Notes: generated by a model from the letters alone, not told the origin. Counted from the first letter of the stretch, positions 53,380 through 63,199 are shown. The stretch: 64,000 nucleotides of DNA from Dehalococcoidia bacterium (GCA_030612025.1 JAUWOR010000002.1:117464-181463); one strand, 5' to 3'. A program made the numbers and translations.

Positions 53380-54333
53380 TCACATACCCCTTGTAGAGCT
53401 AGAGGCAAAGAATTGGGATAAACTTATAGCCGGAGCTAATTGCCTCTTTTTTTCTTTCTCAGCAATGACCTCTACAAAATTCACCAGGTCCTTAGCTTGC
53501 CTGTAACTCATAATGTCTATCATTTTACCTTCGAATGATATAGCTCCAAGCCCTTTGGCTTGAGCTTCCTCAAAAGCTTCCACAACCCTTCGGGAATATC
53601 CAGCCTCATCCGGTGACGGTGAGAAAGTCTTGTTGACAAAGTCTATCTGAGCTGGATGGATAAGCAGCTTGCCTTTAAACCCTAGCTGTAAGGCTAGGAT
53701 TGTCTCCCTCATAAAGCCTTCTCTATCGGTCAAAAGCCCAAAGAATGGTGTATCTATAGCTTGGACTCCGGCAGCCCTACTGCCATTAACTATCTGAGAG
53801 CGGGCATATAACAGCTCAATTTGCTCCGGGGAAAGGAAGGAGACGCTTCGCCCCAGATCCCGGTAATAATCCCCAGCTCCAAAAGCAACAGCAACTACCC
53901 TCTTACTTGCCGAGGCTATTTCATAAGTGTTTATTACACCTTTAGCTGACTCAATTAGCGGAACTATGGTCAAACTTCCCAGCTTTAACCCCGAACTCCT
54001 CTCAGCCTCCTCAAGCATGCCAGCTAATTTTACCACGTCAGTCTTGGTCTCAGCCTTAGCCAGCATGATACCATCTAAACCCTCAACACAAACAAACCTT
54101 AAGTCCTCACTTGTTAGGTTAGTAATAAGGGCATTAACACGAACAAATAAGGCAGAAACCCTAGATTTAATAGCTTTAATGGAATCTCTAACCATGATCC
54201 TGGCCGTTCCTTTGTCGGGCAAAGGCACAGCATCTTCTAAATCCAAAATAATAGCATCAGATGCCAAGGTGGCAGCTTTGGTGATCAACCTCATACTATT
54301 CCCGGGAACGAAAAGCATAGAGCGCAAAACCAT
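53380..54333 (-). CDS. CitE-family CoA-ester lyase (citryl/malyl/citramalyl-CoA)
   Basis: RSMLFVPG, DLEDAV, VRVN, IESA, GAGDY, GKLLIHPAQ. Confidence 0.9.
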   Translation of the reverse strand: MVLRSMLFVPGNSMRLITKAATLASDAIILDLEDAVPLPDKGTARIMVRDSIKAIKSRVSALFVRVNALITNLTSEDLRFVCVEGLDGIMLAKAETKTDVVKLAGMLEEAERSSGLKLGSLTIVPLIESAKGVINTYEIASASKRVVAVAFGAGDYYRDLGRSVSFLSPEQIELLYARSQIVNGSRAAGVQAIDTPFFGLLTDREGFMRETILALQLGFKGKLLIHPAQIDFVNKTFSPSPDEAGYSRRVVEAFEEAQAKGLGAISFEGKMIDIMSYRQAKDLVNFVEVIAEKEKKRQLAPAISLSQFFASSSTRGM

Positions 54334-54336
54334 TGG

Positions 54337-55239
54337 CTACGCCTCCCCTTTCAAGATTTTGGTCAAAGTTGTGGCTATTTCCTGAGGATATTCTACCACC
54401 TTCGCCCCAACTCCTTCTAGAGCTTTAACCTTGCTTTCTGCTGTTCCTCTGCCTCGTTCAATTATAGCACTAGCGTGGGAAAACCTCATGCCGGCAGGCA
54501 AGGTCCTGCCAGCTATGTAGGCCACCAGGGGTTTAGTAAATCTACCCTCCTTGACCACTTCGGCAGCCTCCTCTTCAGCCACTGTGCCTATTTCACCAAA
54601 CAAGACCACTGCTTTAGTTTCCTCATCCTCCTCAAAGAGAGGGAGCAGCTCAGCAAAGCTTGATCCCAGAATTGGTTCAGCGCCAACATGCATCGCTGTG
54701 GTAATCCCGATCCCAGCCTGCACCAAACTCCAGACAACGGTGCTTGTCTGCCCTCCGCTCCGCGACATCACCCCAACTGGGCCAGGCTGGAAAATTTCCC
54801 GGGCAAATTCCTCCGCACCACCAAGCCAACCCATGGCGGCTTTTTCCGCACTGAGAAGGCCAAGTGAGCCTGGGCCAAGTATTCTAGCCCCTTTCTTACG
54901 AGCCCAGGCTATCATCTCCAAACTATCATGCAAAGGTACACGCTCGGCGGGGACAACGATGAACTTTATTCCCGACTCTACAGCCTCAACAACCGCCCCT
55001 TTAACTTGCGGACCGGGCACAAATGCTACGCTGGCATCTATCTGACCATGTGCTTCCACAGCTTCTCTAACACTATTATATACCGGGACTCCCCAAACCT
55101 CAGCTCCCCCCCGCCCCGGTGTTATCCCACATAGCACTTTCGTGCCATAATCAAGCATAAACCTTGTCCTAGCATTTCCTTCCCGGCCAGTTATTCCCTG
55201 AACTAACACCGTGGTATTTTCATCTATAAGTATAGCCAT
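54337..55239 (-). CDS. ADP-forming CoA ligase alpha subunit (SucD-like, second system)
   Basis: VQGITG, SRSGG, FSHASA phospho-His. Confidence 0.88.
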   Translation of the reverse strand: MAILIDENTTVLVQGITGREGNARTRFMLDYGTKVLCGITPGRGGAEVWGVPVYNSVREAVEAHGQIDASVAFVPGPQVKGAVVEAVESGIKFIVVPAERVPLHDSLEMIAWARKKGARILGPGSLGLLSAEKAAMGWLGGAEEFAREIFQPGPVGVMSRSGGQTSTVVWSLVQAGIGITTAMHVGAEPILGSSFAELLPLFEEDEETKAVVLFGEIGTVAEEEAAEVVKEGRFTKPLVAYIAGRTLPAGMRFSHASAIIERGRGTAESKVKALEGVGAKVVEYPQEIATTLTKILKGEA

Positions 55240-55269
55240 TTCTACACCTCTTACAATAGTCGGGATCGC

Positions 55270-55358
55270 TTAATTTTGCCTCATTCGGATTTTCGTAGTG
55301 CGACCCTTTAGGGTCGTGCACGAGGCTAAAGCCTCGCACTACATTACTTAAACACCCC
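55270..55358. mobile_element. Short variant of the TIR element, type A cargo
   Basis: Same shell as 53270-53361 with a different REP; supplies the ferredoxin stop codon. Confidence 0.7.
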
Positions 55359-55647
55359 CTAGTCCAATCCTATGTCTATATTCCTCCAAGCCAAACATAT
55401 CGAGGACTATCTTTAAGCCCTTATTGCCGTAGTCTTGGCAATAAAGCTCACAAGTTAAACATTCAATACACCCCCGCTTAGCTTCCTCGGGAGTGGTAAT
55501 TAATACCGGCTTACCATCCTGTATCCTCAATAAATTTCTGCCAAAAAGGCTACACGCTTTAACGCAGGCATAACTTTCACAAGTTTGACATTTTTCATAA
55601 TCAATGGTAACCCGGCCGGTCCTGAACGGGAATTCATACAATGCCAT
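55348..55647 (-). CDS. Ferredoxin-like protein
   Basis: CQTCESYACVKAC and CIECLTCELYC. Confidence 0.8.
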   Translation of the reverse strand: MALYEFPFRTGRVTIDYEKCQTCESYACVKACSLFGRNLLRIQDGKPVLITTPEEAKRGCIECLTCELYCQDYGNKGLKIVLDMFGLEEYRHRIGLGGV

Positions 55648-55664
55648 CTTAATTTTGTCTCCTT

Positions 55665-56915
55665 CTAAGCTCTGCGATACTCTGCCACCAGCTCTTTCAT
55701 CCGCTCAGCTACATAATCAACATTATAGACATAGTCACGCCCATAGACCTCTACTCCGGCAGGAAGTCCTTTTAATTCCTCCCTAAGGATTTCTAAGGAT
55801 TCTGCCTCCTTATTTCCCGCGATTAAAAGTATTGCCGGGAAGTTTGGCCTGTTTGCCAGCTCTTCCCTCAAAGCCCTAACTAAGGCATGAGCATGATGCC
55901 ACTGCTCCTGGTTGGCAATGCAAGCCCCCATTAATATATAGCCATCAATATTAGGTTGGGAAAAAATAAGCTTGACCACACGATACACCTTAGATGCTGT
56001 GGGATTCCCGCTAGTGTCAGCATAATCTGCCAGTTTGAGTCCATGACGTATTAAGGCATCAGCTCCAAGCATAGCTGCACCACCACCAATCCCATGGAAA
56101 CCAATATACCCTTCTCCTGGCCCGAAATCTTTAGCCATCTGAACGAAGTAACCTACACCACGGTAATCTTCTTCCTCTACCTTCCAGGCAAGTTGCTCCA
56201 GTTCCGTGGGCGCCCGACCAATATCACGGGGATACTCTATCTCAAGCTCTGGGTGCTTAAATACCGAAGCCTCGTCCACTACTATGCGACAATCGGCGGG
56301 GAAAATTCCCCCATCCTGGGTCAAAACCAAGGGGTTGATTTCAGCACTTCGAGCGCTATATTTTTTAAATACCTGGTACAACCCGTAAACCACTTGGCTC
56401 AGTGGCTCTACTAACGACGGTGAAACATCGAGCTTTGAGATTAAGTCCCTGGTATCCTCACTGGTTAATCCCTCGAGGACATCAACGTTCATACTGACTA
56501 CTTTTTTCGGGAATTTAGCCGCCACTTCCTCGATATCAACGCCACCTTGAGTGCTAAACATTAAAACCGGCCCCTTAACTTTGTAAGAATCGTTTACTAT
56601 CACGCCGGCGTAAAATTCCTTTTCAATAGGTAATTTTTCCTCCACTAAAACCTTTTCCACTCTAAGCCCTTTGATCTCCTTACCTAGTAGCTCTCGGGCA
56701 ACTTTCTCCGCCTCACTAGCATTGTCAGCAAACTTTATCCCCCCAGCTTTGAAGCGCCCCGTAGCGCCAACCTGCGCCTTAATCACCACTGTTTTTGCCA
56801 ACTTTGCTGCTATTCTGCGTGCTTCGGCCGGCGTGGAGGCAACATCGCCTTGGGGGACAGGTATGCCAAGTTGTTTTAATAACCTTTTTCCTTGATATTC
56901 ATAAAGTTTTGGCAT
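55665..56915 (-). CDS. ADP-forming CoA ligase beta subunit (ATP-grasp; citryl-CoA synthetase/ACL-like C-terminal domain)
   Basis: MPKLYEYQGK, EINPL, GGGAAM, DTSGNPT, IANQEQW. Confidence 0.85.
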   Translation of the reverse strand: MPKLYEYQGKRLLKQLGIPVPQGDVASTPAEARRIAAKLAKTVVIKAQVGATGRFKAGGIKFADNASEAEKVARELLGKEIKGLRVEKVLVEEKLPIEKEFYAGVIVNDSYKVKGPVLMFSTQGGVDIEEVAAKFPKKVVSMNVDVLEGLTSEDTRDLISKLDVSPSLVEPLSQVVYGLYQVFKKYSARSAEINPLVLTQDGGIFPADCRIVVDEASVFKHPELEIEYPRDIGRAPTELEQLAWKVEEEDYRGVGYFVQMAKDFGPGEGYIGFHGIGGGAAMLGADALIRHGLKLADYADTSGNPTASKVYRVVKLIFSQPNIDGYILMGACIANQEQWHHAHALVRALREELANRPNFPAILLIAGNKEAESLEILREELKGLPAGVEVYGRDYVYNVDYVAERMKELVAEYRRA

Positions 56916-56936
56916 AACGCCACCTCCAGTCACTTC

Positions 56937-57033
56937 GTAGTGCGACCCTTTAGGGTCGTGCACGAGGCTACCCTGCGTAGTAATCTTCGCTACTACACAG
57001 GGCTAAAGCCTCGCACTACATTTTTAAACTCTC
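56937..57033. repeat. Type A REP with a nested 35-bp hairpin insert
   Basis: Near-identical insert at 16200-16234; GGCTA duplicated either side. Confidence 0.75.
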
Positions 57034-58386
57034 CATAACCTCCTTGATATTTTTCACTTTCTGCAAGTTAGTAAGAATAGATAGAGATTTCTCCACATCT
57101 TCCTTAGATAGCATGGTAGAGGCACAATCCTGGTATTTGGAATTAAACTCATCAGGGGTTAATGGATTCAGCGGCATTCCTTTAGCGATAGCCACTTCTT
57201 TAGAGAATTCCTTGCCATTCTTCAGCTTAACGGTAATGCTCTTGGTGCCAAATCCTTCTGTTGTTCCCATAACTGACATGGGATACTTCTCCACCCATTT
57301 CATCTTCTCTATCAGGCTCTTTATGGGTGGCTCAGCCACCGCCTCATCGGTTAAATGCTTCAAGCGAACTTCGCCTGAAAGAAGAGCTCGGGCAACACAG
57401 TATTCCAGGCTAAACTTACCCTCCAAGTCTGTTCTGGGGTGATGATGAATGAGAATCTGCTTGTCAAAGGGGCTAACGCCCAACTCTACTTCAGCTATAT
57501 TAGCCGCATTCACCTTATGCTCTTTTTTGATACCAAGAGCAGCATCTATGGCACAATGGGTAAACCCGCAACAGGGATAAGGCTTGATGGAAAGCCCTAT
57601 GTCACTGGTGATAAAAAATGTTTTTCCCAGATTCTCGCCTGCCTTGGCCCAATCCACCTCCCCACTATGACCAAATACCTTAGCAAAACCCAGAGGGGCT
57701 TCAATTATACCCTCGTCAGCCGTAAACCCCGCCTGGGCTAAAAGAGCTGCCTGAATGCCGTTAGCCGCTGCTTTACCAGCATGTAACGGCTTGGTCATGG
57801 TGCCAAAGTTCTGCCTTAAACCTCCAGCCAGGGAGGCGGCGATCCCCAGAGCCATCCTCACCTGGGCATGGTCAAGCTTTAACAGCCTGGCTACCGCTGC
57901 CATTGCCCCCAGACTCCCAAAGGTAGCTGTGCTGTGCCACCCTTGCACATAATGGCTCTGCAGCACAGGCCCAGCGATACAACAAGCCGTCTCATAACCA
58001 ACAACATAGGCAATCAGGACATCCTCACCTGAAGCCTCTATGCTCTCTCCGATAGCTAAGATCGCTGGAGCAAGAAATACCGATGGGTGTCCGATAAGAG
58101 AAATTGCCATATCATCGTAATCCAGGGCATGCCCCGTCGTCCCATTAACCAGGGCCGCTAAATATGGCGATGTTTTGCCATCTCTACCAATGAGGCTCGC
58201 TTGGGGCACACCACCAATCTTTTGGGCATAATCGGCTATTATCTTGCTCTGCTTTTCTCTTGACCCAGGAAGGGCAACGCCAATGAAATCAGTGATAGCC
58301 AAACGAGCCAAATCAAGAGCATCTTGGGGAATATCTTTAGCTGCCGTCTGGGCGACAAAATGACTGACCTTATCAGTGATACCCAT
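57016..58386 (-). CDS. MmgE/PrpD family protein
   Basis: HALDYDD, GHPS, GWHST, KPLHAG, KPYPCC, KFS. Confidence 0.92.
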   Translation of the reverse strand: MGITDKVSHFVAQTAAKDIPQDALDLARLAITDFIGVALPGSREKQSKIIADYAQKIGGVPQASLIGRDGKTSPYLAALVNGTTGHALDYDDMAISLIGHPSVFLAPAILAIGESIEASGEDVLIAYVVGYETACCIAGPVLQSHYVQGWHSTATFGSLGAMAAVARLLKLDHAQVRMALGIAASLAGGLRQNFGTMTKPLHAGKAAANGIQAALLAQAGFTADEGIIEAPLGFAKVFGHSGEVDWAKAGENLGKTFFITSDIGLSIKPYPCCGFTHCAIDAALGIKKEHKVNAANIAEVELGVSPFDKQILIHHHPRTDLEGKFSLEYCVARALLSGEVRLKHLTDEAVAEPPIKSLIEKMKWVEKYPMSVMGTTEGFGTKSITVKLKNGKEFSKEVAIAKGMPLNPLTPDEFNSKYQDCASTMLSKEDVEKSLSILTNLQKVKNIKEVMESLKM

Positions 58387-58466
58387 TTGCCATCTTCTTG
58401 AGGCCTGATAAATCAGGCAACTACTACAGTTATCAGCTGACTGCTGTGAGCTATTAGGGCTTAACC

Positions 58467-59171
58467 TTAAATCCCAAGATAAGCCTCTTCGATATGCTTA
58501 TCATGGAGCAACTTCTCACCCTTGCCTTGAAGGGTAATGCGGCCAATTTCCAGAACATAAGCCCGGGTGCAGGCCTTTAAAGCATGGGCCACATTTTGCT
58601 CTACCAGTAAAATAGTGATGCCTTCGCGATTAATCCGCTCAATAACTTTGAACTCTTCATCTACCAGAAATGGTGCCAGCCCCAGAGAAGGCTCATCCAA
58701 CATCATCAGCTTAGGGCACGCCATTATCCCTCTACCTACAGCTAGCATCTGCGCCTCACCACCAGAAAGCGTCCCGGCTGCCTGCCAGGCTCTCTCTTTC
58801 AATATGGGGAAAATAGTGAACACCCGCTCCATAGATTCCTCTCGTCTCGCCTTTGCCTCTGGCATCAGGGAGCCCATGAGCAAATTCTCCTTAACCGTCA
58901 TTTCAGGAAACAGCTTTCTCGCTTCAGGGACATGAGCAATGCCTAAACTAGCCATCTTATGAGCTGGTAGTTTGGTGAGCTCTTGCCCCAGAAATTCGAT
59001 ATTCCCTTTTCTCGGGCGCAACAGTCCCGAGATAGCATTCAAGGTAGTGGTCTTGCCGGCACCATTGGAGCCCAGCAAGGCCACGATTTCCCCTTCCTTT
59101 ACCTCAAAGGAGATATCCCATAATGCCTGCACATCTCCATAATAAACATCGATATTATTTACCTTTAACAT
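58467..59171 (-). CDS. livF: HAAT-family ABC transporter ATPase
   Basis: GSNGAGKT, LSGGE, DEPSLGLAP, VEQN. Confidence 0.9.
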   Translation of the reverse strand: MLKVNNIDVYYGDVQALWDISFEVKEGEIVALLGSNGAGKTTTLNAISGLLRPRKGNIEFLGQELTKLPAHKMASLGIAHVPEARKLFPEMTVKENLLMGSLMPEAKARREESMERVFTIFPILKERAWQAAGTLSGGEAQMLAVGRGIMACPKLMMLDEPSLGLAPFLVDEEFKVIERINREGITILLVEQNVAHALKACTRAYVLEIGRITLQGKGEKLLHDKHIEEAYLGI

Positions 59172-59883
59172 ATTCCTCCCCCAGATAAGCTTTAATCACT
59201 TCAGGATGCCTGGACATCTCCTTTGGCGTCCCTCGGGCTATCTCCGCACCAAAATTGATACACATCACTCTATCCGAAATGCCCATGAGAAACTTCATCA
59301 CATGCTCTACCACGAAGCAAGTTATCCCACTATCTCGAATCTTCTTCACGATTGCCATGGCTACCTCTATCTCCTTAAGATTTAGCCCGGCCGCGGTCTC
59401 ATCGAGTAGTATTAACTCAGGGTCTCCAGCCAAACTACGGGCTATCTCCATCCTTTTCTTATCGGCGATAGGCAAATCCTTGGCTGGCATATCTTTCCGA
59501 GGCATAAGCTCACAAAAATCTACAACCTCCAAAGCTTTGTCCCTAGCTTTGGTAGTGCTGATCGTCCGCAAGAAGGCTCCCGCCATGACATTCTCCAAGA
59601 CTGTCATGCGCCTCAGCGGCTTAACCACCTGAAAGGTCCTGCCAATACCTAGCCGGCAAATCTTGTGAGTGGACATGCGAGTGATTGGTATCCCTTTGAA
59701 AATAATCTCCCCGCTATTTGCCGGATAGTAATTATTTATGGTATTGAACAGGGTGGTCTTGCCCGAGCCATTGGGACCAATGAGGCCAAAAATCTCTCCT
59801 TGCTCTATGCCCACAGTTATATCATTGACGGCCACCAAACCACCAAATTTCCTTACTACATGTTTAATATCCAAATAGGCCAT
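59155..59883 (-). CDS. livG: HAAT-family ABC transporter ATPase
   Basis: FGGLVAV, GPNGSGKT, RTFQ, VEH, AYLG. Confidence 0.9.
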   Translation of the reverse strand: MAYLDIKHVVRKFGGLVAVNDITVGIEQGEIFGLIGPNGSGKTTLFNTINNYYPANSGEIIFKGIPITRMSTHKICRLGIGRTFQVVKPLRRMTVLENVMAGAFLRTISTTKARDKALEVVDFCELMPRKDMPAKDLPIADKKRMEIARSLAGDPELILLDETAAGLNLKEIEVAMAIVKKIRDSGITCFVVEHVMKFLMGISDRVMCINFGAEIARGTPKEMSRHPEVIKAYLGEEYVKGK

Positions 59884-59885
59884 TT

Positions 59886-60848
59886 TTATTCACCTCCGAC
59901 ATATACTGGTTTTTTACCACGGAAGAGGCGCTTTATCTTATCCCCCTCACCGGCAATTCCGTTGGGAAGAAACATGATTACCAAAACTAAAATTAAGGCG
60001 AATATCAAATAGTGTATCGTTCCTATCACCGGCCCGGCGAAGGCGCGCAGCAACTCGCTAAGGAGGACAAAGATGGTTGCCCCGAGAGCCGGCCCCCAGA
60101 AGGTACCAGGCCCTCCCAGCATTACCGACAGTATCATCGTTGCTGATATTATTAAAGGAAATACCGTGTTAGGCTCAATAAAGGCCATATAATTCATGTA
60201 AAACGCTCCCGCCAGCCCGATAATGCCGGCACAGGGAATAAGAGCATACATCTTATATTTAGTGCTGGGAATCCCCAGACCTTCAGCAGCATCTTGGTCT
60301 TCTCTGATGGAGACAAAGTAATAGCCAAACTTGGACTTCATCAGGCGATAAACAACATAAAGGCTCAAGGCCGCTATTGCCAGGACCATGTAATAATAGG
60401 GCAATTTCTCCATACCCCAGGTGCGCTCAATTACTATGCCCAGTGGTCCAGCACCCATTTCCACCCAGTTAAGGAATACTATCCGTATTGTCTCGCATAC
60501 CGCCAACATAGACAGGACAAAATAGCCACCACGCAGACGGAAAGTAACCAGCCCGATAGGAATGGCCACCACGATGGCCAAAAGGGGTCCACCTATCATC
60601 CCCCACCAGGGTGATATACCCCAGTGAAGATAAAGCATCCCGGCTCCATAGGCTCCTAAGCCAAAGAAGGCAGCACTCCCTAGGGATGCTTGCCCGCAAT
60701 ATCCCCCAAGCAGGTTCCAGCCCGTGGCCATGGCTATCCACATCATTACCAGGATGAGTATATGCTGAAAATAACCGCCTAAAAAGGGGGGAAGGGCTAT
60801 AGCCACTATCCCCAAGATTGCCGGTAAAAACCAACTCTTTTTTGCCAT
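59886..60848 (-). CDS. livM: HAAT-family ABC permease
   Basis: WNLLGGYCGQ, IREDQDAAEGLGI, PNGI. Confidence 0.88.
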   Translation of the reverse strand: MAKKSWFLPAILGIVAIALPPFLGGYFQHILILVMMWIAMATGWNLLGGYCGQASLGSAAFFGLGAYGAGMLYLHWGISPWWGMIGGPLLAIVVAIPIGLVTFRLRGGYFVLSMLAVCETIRIVFLNWVEMGAGPLGIVIERTWGMEKLPYYYMVLAIAALSLYVVYRLMKSKFGYYFVSIREDQDAAEGLGIPSTKYKMYALIPCAGIIGLAGAFYMNYMAFIEPNTVFPLIISATMILSVMLGGPGTFWGPALGATIFVLLSELLRAFAGPVIGTIHYLIFALILVLVIMFLPNGIAGEGDKIKRLFRGKKPVYVGGE

Positions 60849-60852
60849 TATG

Positions 60853-61728
60853 TCACCTCTTAATTACTGTTTTGAGCCCGCCAGGCATGAACAAGAGGAC
60901 AAGAAGAAAGATGACGAAGCCCACAACATCCTTATATCCCGGGGCCCAATAAACAGCACCCAGGGATTCCGCCATGCCAAAAACCAAGCCACCGGAAAGA
61001 GCCCCCACAGTGCTCCCGGCACCTCCGAGAATGGTGATGATAAGAGCTTTAATGGTAAAAGGAGTGCCAATATCGGGAAAGAGATAAAATATGGGCAGAA
61101 GCAAAGCCCCCCCGGCAGCAGCCAGAGCCATGCCCAAGCCAAAGGTAAGACTGGAGACGCGCAGGGCATCGATCCCCATATATTTTGCCGCATCCAGGTC
61201 CTGAGCGGTCGCCCGAATTGAGCGGCCAAAATCAGTCCTGGTAAGCAGGATATGGAGACCAGCAACAAAAGCCATAGCAATGCCAAAACTAACTAACTGG
61301 GGAAGGCTGATCGACATATCACCAATGTAAAGGCACTTGGAAGAAAACGGCGTATAGACAGAGCGGAAGTCAGATTTAAAGATAACTCTGATGATCTCAA
61401 CAAAAACAAGACCAATGGCCAGAGTTAACAGCACCTGAGTCTGGGGTAGAATGGTATCAACGAAGCGAACACGCTGGATAGAGTATCTCTGCAGCAAATA
61501 ACCAATACCAAAGAGGCAGGGCATACCCACAAACATAGCGATATAAGGGTGAAGCCCGAGGGATGTGAACAGAGCAAAGCAAACATACATGCCCACCATC
61601 ATTAAGTGCCCGTGGCCAATGTTGATAATTTTCATCACCCCCAGTATCAAGGTCATGCCAATGGCAATGACGGCATAAACGCCTCCCATCAAGAAGCCAC
61701 AAATAATTGTCTGACCAAATAAAGCCAT
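60853..61728 (-). CDS. livH: HAAT-family ABC permease
   Basis: GMTLILGVMKIINIGHG, GRSIRATAQD. Confidence 0.88.
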   Translation of the reverse strand: MALFGQTIICGFLMGGVYAVIAIGMTLILGVMKIINIGHGHLMMVGMYVCFALFTSLGLHPYIAMFVGMPCLFGIGYLLQRYSIQRVRFVDTILPQTQVLLTLAIGLVFVEIIRVIFKSDFRSVYTPFSSKCLYIGDMSISLPQLVSFGIAMAFVAGLHILLTRTDFGRSIRATAQDLDAAKYMGIDALRVSSLTFGLGMALAAAGGALLLPIFYLFPDIGTPFTIKALIITILGGAGSTVGALSGGLVFGMAESLGAVYWAPGYKDVVGFVIFLLVLLFMPGGLKTVIKR

Positions 61729-61750
61729 ATTAATTTACCACCTTTTGAAG

Positions 61751-61776
61751 AGTAGGGGGGTTAAAACCCCCCTACT
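61751..61776. other. Intercistronic stem-loop after the binding-protein gene
   Basis: AGTAGGGGGG-TTAAAA-CCCCCCTACT-type hairpin; typical mRNA stabiliser. Confidence 0.6.
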
Positions 61777-61780
61777 TTCA

Positions 61781-63109
61781 TTACCTTTCTTCCCACTTAG
61801 GAGCGGGAAAGATGTAATCAGCTGAGGCTGCCTCTACAGGCCAGACAACCTCTTGTACCAGGTTTTGCCACTGCATGACGTAGGTTAAGGGCAAGCCCTG
61901 GTTGGTGTAGCAGTGTCCCATATCGTCGCACCAATCTTTATGCTCTATGAGACCCATGGCTGTCATTAGATTGGTCTCCGTGAGGGCCTCTCGGATGGTC
62001 TCCCGGTTAATGATCTCCCCGGCGGCGTCAATCCTCAATAGGGCATCCAGACATATCATCCATTGAGCAAAACCCTGGGCTCCATGGTAATCAGGGTCGG
62101 CACCATAGGACCCTAGATAGCCCTCGAAATATTCTTGATTAGTCCACTTCACACCAGCCAGCTCGCCTTCCCAGGTAGCCAATGGACTCCAGTTTGCCGT
62201 AGTGAGTACATAATTAGCATTCTCACCAGCATTGACCACGAACTCAGGCATGGTATAGCCTCCCGCCTGACCCATAAAACACAGAACATCGAGCCTTAGC
62301 TCCCCCACCTGTCTGGCGATCAGCGAGGCATCCATAAGGTAGGAAACGGCCATAATCATGTCCGGTTTTTTCGCCTTTACCGCCGCCAGCATAGGCTTAT
62401 GGTCTATGGCATCAGAGTCATATGGTTTGTCATAGACAAGCTCAATACCTCTATCCTCAAAGTTAACGCGCAGAGCCTCTGCCGAGCTAGTGCCCCAGTC
62501 ACTCATCTCATAAAACAGGGCTACCTTCGACACCCCTCCTGGTATGAGCACTCCGTCGACAAAACTCCACATGGCGTCGGCGTAGTGAGATGCCGGCACT
62601 CTAGCACCGGAGAATACCCATTCCCAACCTTCCATGGTGATGGCATCTTTGGAGCTATTGCAGATAAGGAAAGGAACCTTGAGGTCGTTAGCCGCCGCAG
62701 CCTGAACCACACCAACAGAACTGGTATAACCTCCCAGCACTATATCAACCTCGTCCAAGATAGCCAACTTCTCAAAAGCAGATTTGCCCGTTGCCGGGTC
62801 TCCTCGGTTATCCTCGATTACAAACCTGATTGGCCTGCCACCTACTTCCTCAACTCCAAACTTAGCATATGCCATCTGGATTGATAGCCAGTCCATCGTC
62901 CCGAAGTTGGCTTTGGCTCCCGTCAGTGGGAAGTTAATGCCAATCTTGATGGAACCTGTAGGAACCTCTTCCTCTTCCTCTTCCTCCTCTTCCTCCTCTT
63001 CCTCCTCTTCTTCTGGTGGCGCGACTTCTGGCGCACAGCCAGGTAAAGCAAATGCCGCTACTAACACCACAACCAACCCCAAAAGCAATCCCAACTTAAC
63101 TTTCTTCAT
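61781..63109 (-). CDS. ABC substrate-binding lipoprotein (LivJ/K-like) with poly-Glu linker
   Basis: Lipobox LPGC, 16 Glu, IKIG..PLTG, GGYTSS. Confidence 0.9.
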   Translation of the reverse strand: MKKVKLGLLLGLVVVLVAAFALPGCAPEVAPPEEEEEEEEEEEEEEEEVPTGSIKIGINFPLTGAKANFGTMDWLSIQMAYAKFGVEEVGGRPIRFVIEDNRGDPATGKSAFEKLAILDEVDIVLGGYTSSVGVVQAAAANDLKVPFLICNSSKDAITMEGWEWVFSGARVPASHYADAMWSFVDGVLIPGGVSKVALFYEMSDWGTSSAEALRVNFEDRGIELVYDKPYDSDAIDHKPMLAAVKAKKPDMIMAVSYLMDASLIARQVGELRLDVLCFMGQAGGYTMPEFVVNAGENANYVLTTANWSPLATWEGELAGVKWTNQEYFEGYLGSYGADPDYHGAQGFAQWMICLDALLRIDAAGEIINRETIREALTETNLMTAMGLIEHKDWCDDMGHCYTNQGLPLTYVMQWQNLVQEVVWPVEAASADYIFPAPKWEER

Positions 63110-63199
63110 TTTTACCTCCTTTTACTTTATTCCTGATTTAGCATCTTACATCCCAACTTATCTACATCCATAGGCACTACCTCCTTTAGCAACCTTACT

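Noticed and set aside
56916-56963. N-terminal extension MHDPKGSHY of the CoA ligase beta subunit
   Set aside because: Derived from a REP; the GGAGG RBS supports the start at 56915
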